This document shows, in pieces, positions 9,489-19,862 of a stretch of 64,000 nucleotides of DNA. Location of the stretch: IMG/VR virus record IMGVR_UViG_3300010938_000950, positions 62,001-126,000 of that record, one strand, 5' to 3'. Made by a program: the position numbers and the translations under genes. Within the stretch, counting starts at the first letter, position 1; each line of letters starts with the position of its first letter. The notes below the pieces were generated by a model. The model had not been told where the DNA came from. It made no database searches and saw nothing but the letters and a program-made list of their open reading frames with translations.

Positions 9489-10074
9489 TGATGGTGGAGA
9501 TTTAACACCCATTCCGAATGATAAATATAGAAAGTTCTTCGAGAAGTTTGCTGAAATAGATACCTTGGATGTGTCGCAATGGAAGGTTGCTCACATCCTC
9601 GGTTATTTTTGCAGAAAATATAAGCAAACCTATGGGATAGATTATTCTTGGAAGTTCAATAATCAAAGCCCAACCAAGTCTTTTGAGGTTTGGCAAGCCA
9701 ACACCCTAGCTGCCAAGTTATCGGCCAATCCTAAAATTCTACGAGACTATATTGATTGGGTATACCAAAACTATGTGCCCAAGACCAAAGCACGTTTCCG
9801 ATCTGTTTCTTTTATTACAAAAGATGAAATAGTACAGGATTATAAAATGAATGTATTGTTAGCTGGCCAAAAGAATTTACAAGTGGACCGTTCAACTCCA
9901 TTGCCACCTAATTATGTAGATATTGTGAAAGAGCTAGCTAATCTTAATGTTTCCACATACGGAGATTTGGCTTTTATTTCCCAGATGGATCCCATGCCAG
10001 ATAATATCGCTAAAGCTTTGGAAAAGTTGGCAGAGTTCGGGCTCGATCAAAACGTATTGAAGAGAATAGTATGA
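9472..10074 (+). CDS. Hypothetical protein in the replication block
   Basis: 200-aa ORF overlapping both neighbours. Confidence 0.6.
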   Translation: MSKKNDDGGDLTPIPNDKYRKFFEKFAEIDTLDVSQWKVAHILGYFCRKYKQTYGIDYSWKFNNQSPTKSFEVWQANTLAAKLSANPKILRDYIDWVYQNYVPKTKARFRSVSFITKDEIVQDYKMNVLLAGQKNLQVDRSTPLPPNYVDIVKELANLNVSTYGDLAFISQMDPMPDNIAKALEKLAEFGLDQNVLKRIV

Positions 10075-10604
10075 ATCAAACAATAATTGGCAGACACATT
10101 AAATGTATTCTTCGTAATTCTGTCGTAATAGAAGGCGTGGCGGAAGAATGGTCTGATGTCAGGGTAGTATTAAGATCATTAGATGGTGAAAGTTTAATGA
10201 TTATACACAAGCCCACCGACGATATACTTATGACCAAGGTTCTGTTGCACTCTCCAACGAATGATATTCCAGTAGAAACGCCTGAACCACCAAAAACTCC
10301 TGTGCCATCTGAAATGCAGGAGAAGATCAAGGAAAAATTGCAGGAAACACTGCAAATGACTGACGATCCGGAACTTCAGAAGAAAAGTGTAGAGGAACTG
10401 CGTCATCTTGTACACGAACAAGAACGACAAATTCTTGCACAAAAGAAACGTGAACACTTTGGCGTTCCTGGCGCCGCTAAGATGACTCAATATAGTTCAC
10501 CTTACATGCCAAGAGTGCATCCAAGGTCTAACGTAGCTCGTTCTGCGTATCAGCCGGGCAAATTACCCTCTTGGGCATACGGTCGCCCACCAAAGGATAA
10601 GTAA
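10071..10604 (+). CDS. Hypothetical protein; N-terminal Sm-like beta domain plus coiled coil
   Basis: IIGRHIKCILRNSVVIEGVAEEW..VVL pattern; ATGA overlap. Confidence 0.45.
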   Translation: MNQTIIGRHIKCILRNSVVIEGVAEEWSDVRVVLRSLDGESLMIIHKPTDDILMTKVLLHSPTNDIPVETPEPPKTPVPSEMQEKIKEKLQETLQMTDDPELQKKSVEELRHLVHEQERQILAQKKREHFGVPGAAKMTQYSSPYMPRVHPRSNVARSAYQPGKLPSWAYGRPPKDK

Positions 10605-11305
10605 TGGAACCAATTGATTTCACTAGGAGCCGAGCACTTAACAACATTCCTAACAAAAAACTGCAGGAAAGACTTGACGCAGTTAATGCCGGCAATGAAG
10701 AGGACCAAGTCAAACGTGTCAGATTGATCGCATATAATCGATATGCAGAGAGTAATATTCCTTTAGAATATTGGGATCTCAAAATGGAGAAAGACTTCAT
10801 TGGGGACCCGCGTCTTAAACAGAAATATGATGAGTACGTAGCTGATGTAAAAGCTTCTCATCAGTCTGGCTCTTCTTTTTGCTTAGCCGGCGGACACGGT
10901 GTTGGAAAAACAATGACAATGGCTTGTATTCTAAAAAAAGCTAGTCAAAAGGGATATTCCTGTTTATACACAACGCTCAGTGATATCGTGAGTGTACTCA
11001 CTCAAGCTCCGGCAGAAGAAAGGTTCTTGGCACGTCAAGAACTAATCAAAGTAGACTTTCTAGTAATAGATGAATTTGATCCAAGATTTATGGCCTCTGA
11101 AAATGCGGCTGATTTGTACGCTAGAACACTGGAGAGCATTTTCCGCACTCGTAGTGCTAACAAACAACCGACACTGATGTGTACTAATAGCCCAAATGTA
11201 ATCGAGAGTTTTGGCGGCGCATTGAAGGCTAGTATTGGTAGTTTAATGAAGGGCTACACAAAAATATTCCCAGTATTGGGCGAAGATGTTAGGGGCAAGA
11301 AATGA
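10604..11305 (+). CDS. DnaC/IstB-like AAA+ ATPase (helicase loader)
   Basis: GGHGVGKT, VDFLVIDE, R.ANKQPTLMCTN; directly upstream of DnaB. Confidence 0.85.
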   Translation: MEPIDFTRSRALNNIPNKKLQERLDAVNAGNEEDQVKRVRLIAYNRYAESNIPLEYWDLKMEKDFIGDPRLKQKYDEYVADVKASHQSGSSFCLAGGHGVGKTMTMACILKKASQKGYSCLYTTLSDIVSVLTQAPAEERFLARQELIKVDFLVIDEFDPRFMASENAADLYARTLESIFRTRSANKQPTLMCTNSPNVIESFGGALKASIGSLMKGYTKIFPVLGEDVRGKK

Positions 11306-12747
11306 GTTTTGATGATTTGGAAATGAGGGTGCTCAAAACTATCACTACTAATAAGAAGTTTGGTCTTGATTTTGCCAATGAAAATGATCCGAAACTCTTT
11401 TCTGGTGAGTTGTGGAATTTTGCTAATGTAGTTGTTGGTTACATAAAAACTCATAAAGAATTACCAACTATTCGTGTTATCAATGAGAAGCTTTCAAAAG
11501 GCAATAACGATAATCTTCTAAAAAAGATTAACTCGGTGTGGGATGCCTTACAAAAGACGCAAGCTGATGATAAGGAATATAAACACGATCTTGATAAACT
11601 CAAGAAACGTTTTGCTGAAAAACAACTGCTCGATACATCTAGCTTATTGAGCAAGTTGGAGCCGGGCAGCATTGATGTAAATAAAACCATCGTTGAGATG
11701 CAGAAAACGATTCAATCAATTAAAGGTTTGAGTCAGGCGCGTACATTCGAGCGCAGAACTTTAAAAGATGAAGTTCCACATTTCCGTGATGAGTATAACG
11801 CAAAGCTGGAAAATCCTGATTTCGATGCTGGTATTAAAACCGGCTATACATTCTTAGATTACGTTACTGATGGTTTACGTCCCGGCGAACTTTTATTGAT
11901 TGGTGGTGAGTCTGGTGGTGGTAAGTCCATGTTGCTCATGAATATGGCTTTACAAATTTGGTTACAAGAAAACCAGCAATTACTTGATGAGTATTTGCAA
12001 GGTGGTGATTTAGAGCAAATACAAGCTCGAATCAAACCAGGCGTTAATGTAATGTATTTTTCGCTGGAAATGCCTTTCAAGCCTTGCCGTAATCGTGTAC
12101 TCGGCCGATTATCCTCTAATCCTACCAAATTAATTCGTACAGCCAAATTAAACAATGAAGAAGCGGCAAAACTTAAAAAAGTTTTAAAGTTTGTCCAATT
12201 ATATCAAGCTCAATTTGAAATTATTGACATTCCTCGTGGTGCCACAATGGAAAGTCTTGAGTTGATATATGAGGAAGCCAAAGTTATGTATGATCCTAAA
12301 ATCATTGTCATCGACTATCTTGGTTTGATGGATTATGAAGGCGGCAAAGACATGGATGACTGGCTCAAGCTTGGTAAGATTGCTGAACGCATCCATGAAT
12401 TTGCTCGTGTACACAACGTTACTGTTTTAAGTGCTGTGCAGTTGAATCGAAACAAAGGCGCAAAAGAAGAAGACAAAATTGGTCTGCATCGTATTGGTCG
12501 TTCAGCCTTGATCATGACCAATGCTAACATTGCTATCCAAATTGAAACACGTGCAAACGAGAAGAATTTTCCAGATATGAAATACCACATAATTAAAAAT
12601 CGTGATGGAGAATTAGGAGATGGCCGACTCATCAAAAATTTGGCTTGTGGTACACTTTTGGATGAAAAAACCGAAGAAGATCCAACTACTTTCGAGATGC
12701 GAGATCCTGATGATATTTCTGAAAAGATTGAATTATTAGACATATAA
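11302..12747 (+). CDS. dnaB: Replicative DNA helicase
   Basis: GIKTGY..LD...GLRPGEL..GGESGGGKS, YFSLEM, IVIDYLGLM, SAVQLNR, KNRDG. Confidence 0.92.
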   Translation: MSFDDLEMRVLKTITTNKKFGLDFANENDPKLFSGELWNFANVVVGYIKTHKELPTIRVINEKLSKGNNDNLLKKINSVWDALQKTQADDKEYKHDLDKLKKRFAEKQLLDTSSLLSKLEPGSIDVNKTIVEMQKTIQSIKGLSQARTFERRTLKDEVPHFRDEYNAKLENPDFDAGIKTGYTFLDYVTDGLRPGELLLIGGESGGGKSMLLMNMALQIWLQENQQLLDEYLQGGDLEQIQARIKPGVNVMYFSLEMPFKPCRNRVLGRLSSNPTKLIRTAKLNNEEAAKLKKVLKFVQLYQAQFEIIDIPRGATMESLELIYEEAKVMYDPKIIVIDYLGLMDYEGGKDMDDWLKLGKIAERIHEFARVHNVTVLSAVQLNRNKGAKEEDKIGLHRIGRSALIMTNANIAIQIETRANEKNFPDMKYHIIKNRDGELGDGRLIKNLACGTLLDEKTEEDPTTFEMRDPDDISEKIELLDI

Positions 12748-12758
12748 TAGAGGTCAAA

Positions 12759-12929
12759 ATGCAGGATAAAGTAGTGGCAGAAGCCGTCAGAATAGAGTAC
12801 GAAGAGAAGACCGGAAAACTATATATAGTTTTCGAGGTTAAAGATGAAAAATATAAACAAGATATCAAAGCCAATTGGACAAAAGATATAGAATTTAGAC
12901 TAGTAGATAAATCTTTGGTGATGGGATGA
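12759..12929 (+). CDS. 56-aa hypothetical protein (not in ORF track)
   Basis: Read manually: MQDKVVAEAVRIEYEEKTGKLYIVFEV...LVMG*, GAGG RBS, ATGA overlap with next gene. Confidence 0.7.
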   Translation: MQDKVVAEAVRIEYEEKTGKLYIVFEVKDEKYKQDIKANWTKDIEFRLVDKSLVMG

Positions 12930-13273
12930 AAAAGAGACAGATTGATAATCTGAGGGAACTAATCAATATGGAATACCCTCACATTTGTTTGAACACGAAT
13001 GATTTTCAGCAATTTATACAAATACCCTGGGAGGCTAAGCGCTTTTATCCAATGCGGGGTCGTGGAAATTGGTATGAGAAAAGAGGCTTCTTTCACAATG
13101 GTAAAACTGCCGTCTGGGCAACACTTGGCATGAAGCCTAACCATATTAAGATTGCTGATAAAGAAATTCCAACATTAAGTAGTGGCGCTTATTGGTCTCA
13201 AGAATTTTCTTTTGAAGAAGAAGGTAGTCCACGAATCATTCAAAAAATGATGAAACTAAAAGCATTCTGGTAA
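12926..13273 (+). CDS. Hypothetical protein with C-terminal KLKAFW
   Basis: ORF fills the gap; terminal motif shared with 63453..63755. Confidence 0.65.
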   Translation: MKKRQIDNLRELINMEYPHICLNTNDFQQFIQIPWEAKRFYPMRGRGNWYEKRGFFHNGKTAVWATLGMKPNHIKIADKEIPTLSSGAYWSQEFSFEEEGSPRIIQKMMKLKAFW

Positions 13274-13282
13274 GAGGATAAC

Positions 13283-13591
13283 ATGCCAACTTATGAACAT
13301 CGTTGTGATACTTGCAAACATGAATGGGAGGAATCTTATTCTATAAAAGCAGATCCGCCTAAACAATGCCCTGAGTGTAAAGCAGAAACTGTAACAAGAC
13401 TTATTTCTGGAACTGCCAAAGGGGTAGTTGAACTGTATGGTCAAGACCTAATAGACAAGGTTAAGTCTGATGCTCAAAAAATCAAGGCAGAGGCGGCTAA
13501 AGATGAAAAGGTGTACGCCAATTTGTTAGGCGAAGATAAATATCAAAGCTTACAAAAACAAATGGATCAGCGTAGACGCGAGCGCCGATGA
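13283..13591 (+). CDS. FmdB-family zinc-ribbon protein
   Basis: MPTYEHRCDTC...CPEC...RLIS. Confidence 0.85.
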   Translation: MPTYEHRCDTCKHEWEESYSIKADPPKQCPECKAETVTRLISGTAKGVVELYGQDLIDKVKSDAQKIKAEAAKDEKVYANLLGEDKYQSLQKQMDQRRRERR

Positions 13592-13815
13592 ACGAAGACC
13601 GTCGCATTCAATTATCTGGTGATATGCTTGCCTGTAAACATACAGTTAAAAAATTATTGCGCAGAATTTTTGATCTGGAATATGACACCCAAACTTCCAC
13701 AGAAGAGAAGATGTCTGAAATCAAAAAGATTAAAGATGAAATGATAAAAGTTGGTGCGGAAATTGACAAGATAAAAAAAGAGATTACATTACTTGGAAAC
13801 TATAACGTAAATTGA
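13588..13815 (+). CDS. Small coiled-coil protein
   Basis: Heptad I/K pattern, overlapping start. Confidence 0.6.
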   Translation: MNEDRRIQLSGDMLACKHTVKKLLRRIFDLEYDTQTSTEEKMSEIKKIKDEMIKVGAEIDKIKKEITLLGNYNVN

Positions 13816-13821
13816 GGATAA

Positions 13822-14016
13822 ATGCCGACGTATCTTTATGAGTGTCCCGATCATGGGGAATTTGAACATCAACATTCAATTAATGATGAGTTAGAATTTT
13901 GTCCTAAATGTCAGGAAGAAAAATCCACCTCACCGCATAAAGTAAAAAGGCTTATTGCTGGTGGTAGTGGTTTTATACTGAATGGGAGCGGTTGGGCTAA
14001 AGACAACTACAGCTAA
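13822..14016 (+). CDS. FmdB-family zinc-ribbon protein (second copy)
   Basis: MPTYLYECPDH...CPKC...RLI..GFILNGSGWAKDNY. Confidence 0.85.
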   Translation: MPTYLYECPDHGEFEHQHSINDELEFCPKCQEEKSTSPHKVKRLIAGGSGFILNGSGWAKDNYS

Positions 14017-14017
14017 T

Positions 14018-14167
14018 ATGAAAAACAAGGGCGGAGATAACGATAAACATAAGTTAGAGCACGTAGTTGAGTTGCTTAAGTTTGCGTTGTCCCTTGACGA
14101 TGATGAGATAATAAAATCTACTGTTGAATCGGTTATTGAAATTTTAGAAGAGGAAATCGGTAAGTGA
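14018..14167 (+). CDS. Small hypothetical protein
   Basis: ATG 14018 just after the upstream stop; helical, acidic. Confidence 0.5.
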   Translation: MKNKGGDNDKHKLEHVVELLKFALSLDDDEIIKSTVESVIEILEEEIGK

Positions 14168-14214
14168 ATTCGAGACGTTGTAGTGCTCGATATCTAATTT
14201 TTTGATGCCGTATC

Positions 14215-14227
14215 AATAATGGAGTAT
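14215..14227 (+). promoter_or_regulatory. Candidate phage promoter motif AATAA-N4-RYAT
   Basis: aataa tgga gtat upstream of the sigma gene; motif recurs before several genes. Confidence 0.45.
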
Positions 14228-14260
14228 AACATTACTTTCGACTAAAGTGAGAGAAGACTA

Positions 14261-14890
14261 ATGCTGACAGAACAAGAAGCACATGACCTAATGACCAAGT
14301 TAATCGATCTTAGAACTCAGGCAAAAGAGACCGGAGATGCTAAGATTGTTGCTCAACTCAAGCGTCATGAACAGGAATGCATTGAAAAATTTCGATATCT
14401 AGTCACCATGAAAACTGGCCGTTACAAGGCGTTCAGTAATTATGAGGATTTAAATCAAGAGGGCTTTGAAGCTCTGATCAAAGCAATGAAAACCTTCAAA
14501 CCAAATAAGGGATCTTTCTTTGCGTGGGCACATAATTATATTGGTACTCGTATTTCTAGAAGTGCCAATTTGCACACGACTATTCGTTTCCCGCTGAAGG
14601 TTGCTAAGGCCAATACCCCGCACAAAGAGTCTGTAATGCCTGTGCAGGTTGAGGAACGTTATTGCCCTGATAAGGAGCTTGAGGACTCTCAAGTTAATCA
14701 TGCTATTCAGAGTGCTCTATCTGTCCTTTCGAAAGAACAGAAGGAGATTATTAGCCTAGCATACGGTTTTGATGGTGATAAACCTATGTCTATTAACAAG
14801 ATATGTAAGAAATTGAACATATCTCGATTGAGCTGTATCAAAACGATCAACAGCGCTCTTTCTATGATGAAAGAGAACATCAAAATATAA
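14261..14890 (+). CDS. RNA polymerase sigma-70-family factor
   Basis: Region 2 YEDLNQEG..LIKA...F.PNKGSFFAWA; region 4 LSKEQKEII.LAYG...SINKICKKLNIS. Confidence 0.88.
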   Translation: MLTEQEAHDLMTKLIDLRTQAKETGDAKIVAQLKRHEQECIEKFRYLVTMKTGRYKAFSNYEDLNQEGFEALIKAMKTFKPNKGSFFAWAHNYIGTRISRSANLHTTIRFPLKVAKANTPHKESVMPVQVEERYCPDKELEDSQVNHAIQSALSVLSKEQKEIISLAYGFDGDKPMSINKICKKLNISRLSCIKTINSALSMMKENIKI

Positions 14891-14945
14891 CTAGCTCATT
14901 AGCTAACAAACTAAAGTTTTTGAACTTAATTCTTAAGGACGAATT

Positions 14946-17450
14946 ATGCAGGGATACACTTATTCTCAGGTTTTGGAAGCATCAAAAGAATATTTTTCGG
15001 GTGATGAATTTGCCGCTAAAGTTTTCGTTGATAAATATGCTTTGCAAAATTTGAAAGGTGAGTTTCTAGAACTCACCCCTACCGACATGCACCGTCGTTT
15101 GGCCAAGGAGTTTGCTCGTATTGAAGCAAAATATCCCAATCCACTTGATGAAGAAACTATATTTCAACTTATAGATCATTTTAGATTTATTGTGCCGCAG
15201 GGCAGTCCAATGTCTGCCATTGGAAATCCTTACCAGCTACAAAGTCTTTCTAATTGTTTTGTCATCCAGGGTGTACATTCCAACAAATTAGATTCCTACG
15301 GTGGAATCATGTTAGCAGATCAAGAACTAGCCCAAATAATGAAGCGTCGTGGAGGATGTGGTTTAGATATTTCCGGTATACGACCTAAAGATGTAATTAC
15401 TAATAATGCCGCCAGAACTACTGACGGCATTGCTGTCTTTATGGAAAGATTCAGCAATACCTGTCGTGAAGTAGCTCAGAATGGACGCCGTGGTGCAGAG
15501 ATGCAAACCATTTCTGTTAATCATCCAGAAATAGAAACCTTCATTAACATAAAGCGTGATTTAAAGAAAGTTACTGGTGCAAATATTTCAATTAAACTCA
15601 ATGATGAGTTTATGCGTGCAGTTAAAAATGGCGAAGATTATATTCTGCGCTGGCCAGTTGATAAATCACCAGACGAAGCAAAAGTAACTAAAAAGGTTAG
15701 TGCTAAAGACATATGGAACCAAATTATTGATTCGGCCTGGGCCTCAGCAGAACCTGGTCTTCTATTTTGGGATACTGTAAAAAAGAATACTCCGTCAGAC
15801 ATCTATTCTATGTTTGGTCATGATTCTATCTCTACAAATCCATGTGGAGAGATAGTTCTCCCCGCTTACGATGCTTGTAGATTACTGGTGTTAAATCTAA
15901 CAGGGTACGTGTCGAATCCTTTTACCAAAAAAGCCTCCTTTGATTTTGCCAAATTCAAAGAGCATACTATTATTGCTCAACGTTTAATGGATGATATTAT
16001 CGATCTAGAATTAGAGTGCATTGATCGTATCATGGCTAAAATTGAATCCGATCCTGAGCCGCTGGAAGCAAAGCTCGTTGAGATTAATTTGTGGAAAAAG
16101 ATTCGTGACATGAATACCAGTGGTCGTAGAACTGGATTAGGTATTACGGCTTTGGGTGATACTCTGGCTATGCTTGGAATTAAGTATGGCTCCAAAGATT
16201 CAATTACCATGACAAGAAAAATCTACCGTGCACTTGCTGTAGGTTCTCATACTTCATCTTGTATTATGGCAAAAGAACGTGGTGCATTTCCAATCTTTGA
16301 TTATAAACTAGAGAAGAACCACGCATATTTAAATGATATTTTCGAAGACTGTGGCGAAGAAGTTAAGCGGATGTGGAGAAAGTATGGCAGGAGAAATATT
16401 GCCAATACCACAACTGCGCCAGCCGGCTCAGTATCTGCATTAACTCAAACTACGTCTGGTATCGAGCCTGTCTTTTTGCTTTCATATGTTCGTCGTAAAA
16501 AACACAATCCGTCTGATAAAAATGCTCGTATTGATTTTACCGATGCTATGGGTGACAATTGGCAAGAGTTCACTGTTTATCATCACGGTGTAAAAAAATG
16601 GATGGATATCACAGGAGAAACGGATCTACAAAAATCTCCTTATTGGGGAGCAACTTCTGCGGAAATAGATTGGGTAGCTTCGGTTGACATCCAAGCCGCT
16701 GCACAACAATCTATTGATCATAGTATTAGCAAAACTTGCAATTTGCCAGAAGAAGCAACTAGAGAACTTGTATCTGAAGTGTATATGAGGGCATGGGAAG
16801 CGGGCTGCAAAGGATTCACTGTTTATCGTGATAAGTGCCGTGATGGTGTGCTGATTAGCTCCTCCACTCCTAAAAAATCACAAGATGGAAGGCCATTTAA
16901 TATTGAAACCCACATGGCCCCTAAGCGTCCACCTGAATTAGTTTGTGATATTAAGAAAGCTAAAGTTCAGGGAGAACAGTGGACTATATTTGTTGGTTTA
17001 TTTAATGGTAAACCTTATGAGGTATTTGGAGGATTATCAAAGTATGTAGATATTCCTAATAAGTACAAAACAGGCAAGATTGTAAAGAATGGTAAAGTAG
17101 AAGATATTACTACTTACAATTTAGTTGTTGGTGAAGGTGAAGATCAAATGTTAATCAAAGATATAGCTAATGTCTTTGAAAATGCTAACTTTGGAGCTTT
17201 TACTCGCACTATTTCTCTAGCTTTACGTCATGGTACTCCGGTACAATATGTAGTAGAACAATTACAAAAAGATAAACATTCAGATGTAACTTCTTTTTCC
17301 AAAGTAGCGGCAAGAGTTCTTAAGAATTATATTGCCGATGGAACTAAATCTACTGCCGAAAAGAAATGCCCTAAATGTGGAATGGAGAATAACTTTGCTT
17401 ACCAAGAAAAATGTCTTACATGTATGGGTTGTGGTTGGAGCAAATGCTAA
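14946..17450 (+). CDS. nrdJ: Class II (B12-dependent) ribonucleotide reductase with C-terminal zinc ribbon
   Basis: SNCFV, RRGA, TNPCGE, RRTGLG, APAGS, SISKTCN, terminal CxxC..CxxC..SKC; no beta subunit nearby. Confidence 0.9.
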   Translation: MQGYTYSQVLEASKEYFSGDEFAAKVFVDKYALQNLKGEFLELTPTDMHRRLAKEFARIEAKYPNPLDEETIFQLIDHFRFIVPQGSPMSAIGNPYQLQSLSNCFVIQGVHSNKLDSYGGIMLADQELAQIMKRRGGCGLDISGIRPKDVITNNAARTTDGIAVFMERFSNTCREVAQNGRRGAEMQTISVNHPEIETFINIKRDLKKVTGANISIKLNDEFMRAVKNGEDYILRWPVDKSPDEAKVTKKVSAKDIWNQIIDSAWASAEPGLLFWDTVKKNTPSDIYSMFGHDSISTNPCGEIVLPAYDACRLLVLNLTGYVSNPFTKKASFDFAKFKEHTIIAQRLMDDIIDLELECIDRIMAKIESDPEPLEAKLVEINLWKKIRDMNTSGRRTGLGITALGDTLAMLGIKYGSKDSITMTRKIYRALAVGSHTSSCIMAKERGAFPIFDYKLEKNHAYLNDIFEDCGEEVKRMWRKYGRRNIANTTTAPAGSVSALTQTTSGIEPVFLLSYVRRKKHNPSDKNARIDFTDAMGDNWQEFTVYHHGVKKWMDITGETDLQKSPYWGATSAEIDWVASVDIQAAAQQSIDHSISKTCNLPEEATRELVSEVYMRAWEAGCKGFTVYRDKCRDGVLISSSTPKKSQDGRPFNIETHMAPKRPPELVCDIKKAKVQGEQWTIFVGLFNGKPYEVFGGLSKYVDIPNKYKTGKIVKNGKVEDITTYNLVVGEGEDQMLIKDIANVFENANFGAFTRTISLALRHGTPVQYVVEQLQKDKHSDVTSFSKVAARVLKNYIADGTKSTAEKKCPKCGMENNFAYQEKCLTCMGCGWSKC

Positions 17451-17454
17451 TATC

Positions 17455-17467
17455 AATTAACTAGCAT
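17455..17467 (+). promoter_or_regulatory. Candidate phage promoter motif
   Basis: aatta acta gcat, 10 nt before ATG 17478. Confidence 0.4.
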
Positions 17468-17477
17468 TGTCATAAGA

Positions 17478-17876
17478 ATGAAAGGCACTATACTTCTCAA
17501 TTATAATGAGGATACCCGTCAGGTCGAAGAGGAAGAAAAGGCTAGATTTCTCAAGCTAATTCTAGAACAATGCTTCGAAAATACGGATGTGGCAACCCAA
17601 ATTCAAACAATTTGGAGTTCCGATGGTCCCTTGCCAGCTTCTCAAAAAGTAAAATTGAGAGGTATCCTCGCTACTTACGGCATCCAGGTTATAGATGATC
17701 TTGATGGCCATATGCAAATTTATTTGGAAAATGACCTAATTGCCGAATGGTTCAAGTGTACTTATAAATTAAAGAGAGACTTGCGTGCTATAGATCCGCG
17801 TAAGCGCATCTATCTTGAAATGGAAGTTAATTGTTGGTCAGTTTTTGACGACAAAGAGGAACCAGAAACAGAATGA
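17478..17876 (+). CDS. Hypothetical protein
   Basis: 132-aa ORF overlapping the PhoH start. Confidence 0.65.
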   Translation: MKGTILLNYNEDTRQVEEEEKARFLKLILEQCFENTDVATQIQTIWSSDGPLPASQKVKLRGILATYGIQVIDDLDGHMQIYLENDLIAEWFKCTYKLKRDLRAIDPRKRIYLEMEVNCWSVFDDKEEPETE

Positions 17877-19186
17877 GAAAAACTTACGTACTTGATACTA
17901 GTACCTTAATTTATGACCCGGTTGCATATAAATCTTTTACCCACAGTGATGTTATCATTCCCATTGCTGTACTTAACGAGCTGGATAAGCTAAAGAAAGG
18001 CTCTAATGAAGCTAGCAAGAATGCTAGAGTAGCAATTAGATTATTAGATGAAATTGCCAATCAAGGCGACATCAGTACTGGTATTTTATTAGATGATGAT
18101 ATTATGCTTAGTATTGATGCAACTTATCGTGATTTAAGTAATCCGGCTTATCTAGGATTTGGCGATCCAACTTATGGAGATACTCATATTTTAGCTTGCT
18201 TGTATGCAGCTTGGATAGGACATGCTTCACACGATGTAGTATTGGTTAGTAATGATATTAATTTGCGTGTTAAAGCCAAATCCCGTGGCATTGACGCTGA
18301 ATCTCATGAAGGAGCAAAATACTCCCTCAGTGATTTGTATGCAGGATTTCAGACTATTGTGAACGAAGATGCGGGTTTAGCCTTACAGCAAGATGGTAAG
18401 ATTGATCCCCGAGTTTTTGGTATTCATCTTAATCCAAATGAGTGTGTGTTATTCCAAGCAGATAACGGTGATGGTATCGCTATGGGACGCAAAGTAGCAA
18501 CGGATTGTGTCAAATTAGTTCGTAAAGTATTTCCATGGAATATTGCTAGTCGTAACAAGGAACAGCAATTTGCTATGGATTTAATTATGGATAGAAATAT
18601 TGACCTAGTTACACTAATTGGTAGGGCTGGTACTGGTAAAAGTTTAATTGTTCTTGCTACTGCATTAGAATTAGTTCTTGGTAGAAAAGAATATGATAAA
18701 TTCATTATCTATCGCCCAATTCAACCAGTTGGTAATGATATTGGTTATCTACCAGGTACCATGGAAGAAAAATTAGCGCCATGGTTCCATGCTATTATGG
18801 ATAATTTTGAGATGTTATTTACTCCTAAAAATGGAGGTGGCGACTGGAAACGTGAACTAGAAATGTACCAGAAAAAGGGCAAAATTGAGATGGAAGCTAT
18901 CACCTATATTCGTGGTAGAAGTATTCCAAATGCTATTATTCTAGTTGATGAATGTCAAAACTTATCTAAAGAAGACGTAAAAACAATACTTACCCGTGCC
19001 GGTGAAAACACCAAAATTATCTTGACTGGTGATATAGAGCAGATTGATAATTCGCTACTAGATGCTACCAGTAACGGATTAACTCATGTTATTGAGAAGT
19101 TTAAAGACTCTGAGTTAGCTGGTCATATTACCTTCACTCAGGGTGAGCGTAGTAAGTTGGCTTCTAAAGCCGCTGAAATTTTGTAA
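17873..19186 (+). CDS. phoH: PIN-PhoH protein (PhoH2-like)
   Basis: YVLDTS PIN, SNDINLRVKA, GRAGTGKS, GYLPG, RGRSI, DECQN, GDIEQID. Confidence 0.92.
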   Translation: MRKTYVLDTSTLIYDPVAYKSFTHSDVIIPIAVLNELDKLKKGSNEASKNARVAIRLLDEIANQGDISTGILLDDDIMLSIDATYRDLSNPAYLGFGDPTYGDTHILACLYAAWIGHASHDVVLVSNDINLRVKAKSRGIDAESHEGAKYSLSDLYAGFQTIVNEDAGLALQQDGKIDPRVFGIHLNPNECVLFQADNGDGIAMGRKVATDCVKLVRKVFPWNIASRNKEQQFAMDLIMDRNIDLVTLIGRAGTGKSLIVLATALELVLGRKEYDKFIIYRPIQPVGNDIGYLPGTMEEKLAPWFHAIMDNFEMLFTPKNGGGDWKRELEMYQKKGKIEMEAITYIRGRSIPNAIILVDECQNLSKEDVKTILTRAGENTKIILTGDIEQIDNSLLDATSNGLTHVIEKFKDSELAGHITFTQGERSKLASKAAEIL

Positions 19187-19195
19187 GGAGCTTTC

Positions 19196-19570
19196 ATGTC
19201 TAAGAAGAAGAATCAACCTGGTGCTGAAGTGGTATTGACCCCAGATGAGAAACCTGCTGAACCCACCGTAAATGCTAATGGTGTGCCACTTGGCTCTGTT
19301 GTTCCAGTACCACTGGCCGGTGCCCCTGCTAAGTTAACTGATATGGATCGTATGGCTCTAGAGTTGGCTCGCCAACAGAGACTAACTGCATTAGCCGATG
19401 CTAAAACGGCCATTGCTCAGAACGAAAAAGCAGAACTAGCTTATAAGTACGTAGTACTTCAGCTTTATATGAAGTATGGTCTAACTGACGCGGATGCTAT
19501 TAGTGAAACTGGTGAGATCGTTAAAAACGGTGCTCTAATGGCTGCTCAACAACAACAGAAGACACAGTAA
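19196..19570 (+). CDS. Hypothetical protein with coiled coil
   Basis: AGGAG RBS, 124 aa. Confidence 0.65.
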   Translation: MSKKKNQPGAEVVLTPDEKPAEPTVNANGVPLGSVVPVPLAGAPAKLTDMDRMALELARQQRLTALADAKTAIAQNEKAELAYKYVVLQLYMKYGLTDADAISETGEIVKNGALMAAQQQQKTQ

Positions 19571-19851
19571 TGGAATTTGAAGAACTCATTGGCCTAATCA
19601 AAATTAGAGAATACGTAATTAATTCTATTGCACTGCCTACCATTGATAGGAAGACGGTAAACGAACTGAATGGTATTCTCTTGTTATTGGACAAAAAAAT
19701 TATTGGCCTCTTGACAAGCGAGGACTTCAAGGATTATATTGGCTACACTAACGTGCAAGAAGCCAAAGAAGCAGCAGCACGTATTACAAATATCTATTCT
19801 GGAATTGAAAATAAAAACAGTTCCCTTCATAAACACATTAGACAGAAATAA
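19570..19851 (+). CDS. Hypothetical protein
   Basis: TAATG-coupled 93-aa ORF. Confidence 0.6.
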   Translation: MEFEELIGLIKIREYVINSIALPTIDRKTVNELNGILLLLDKKIIGLLTSEDFKDYIGYTNVQEAKEAAARITNIYSGIENKNSSLHKHIRQK

Positions 19852-19862
19852 TAGGTTACAAC

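Noticed and set aside
14946-17450. Intein or intron in the RNR
   Set aside because: Length and motif spacing are continuous with no insertion evident
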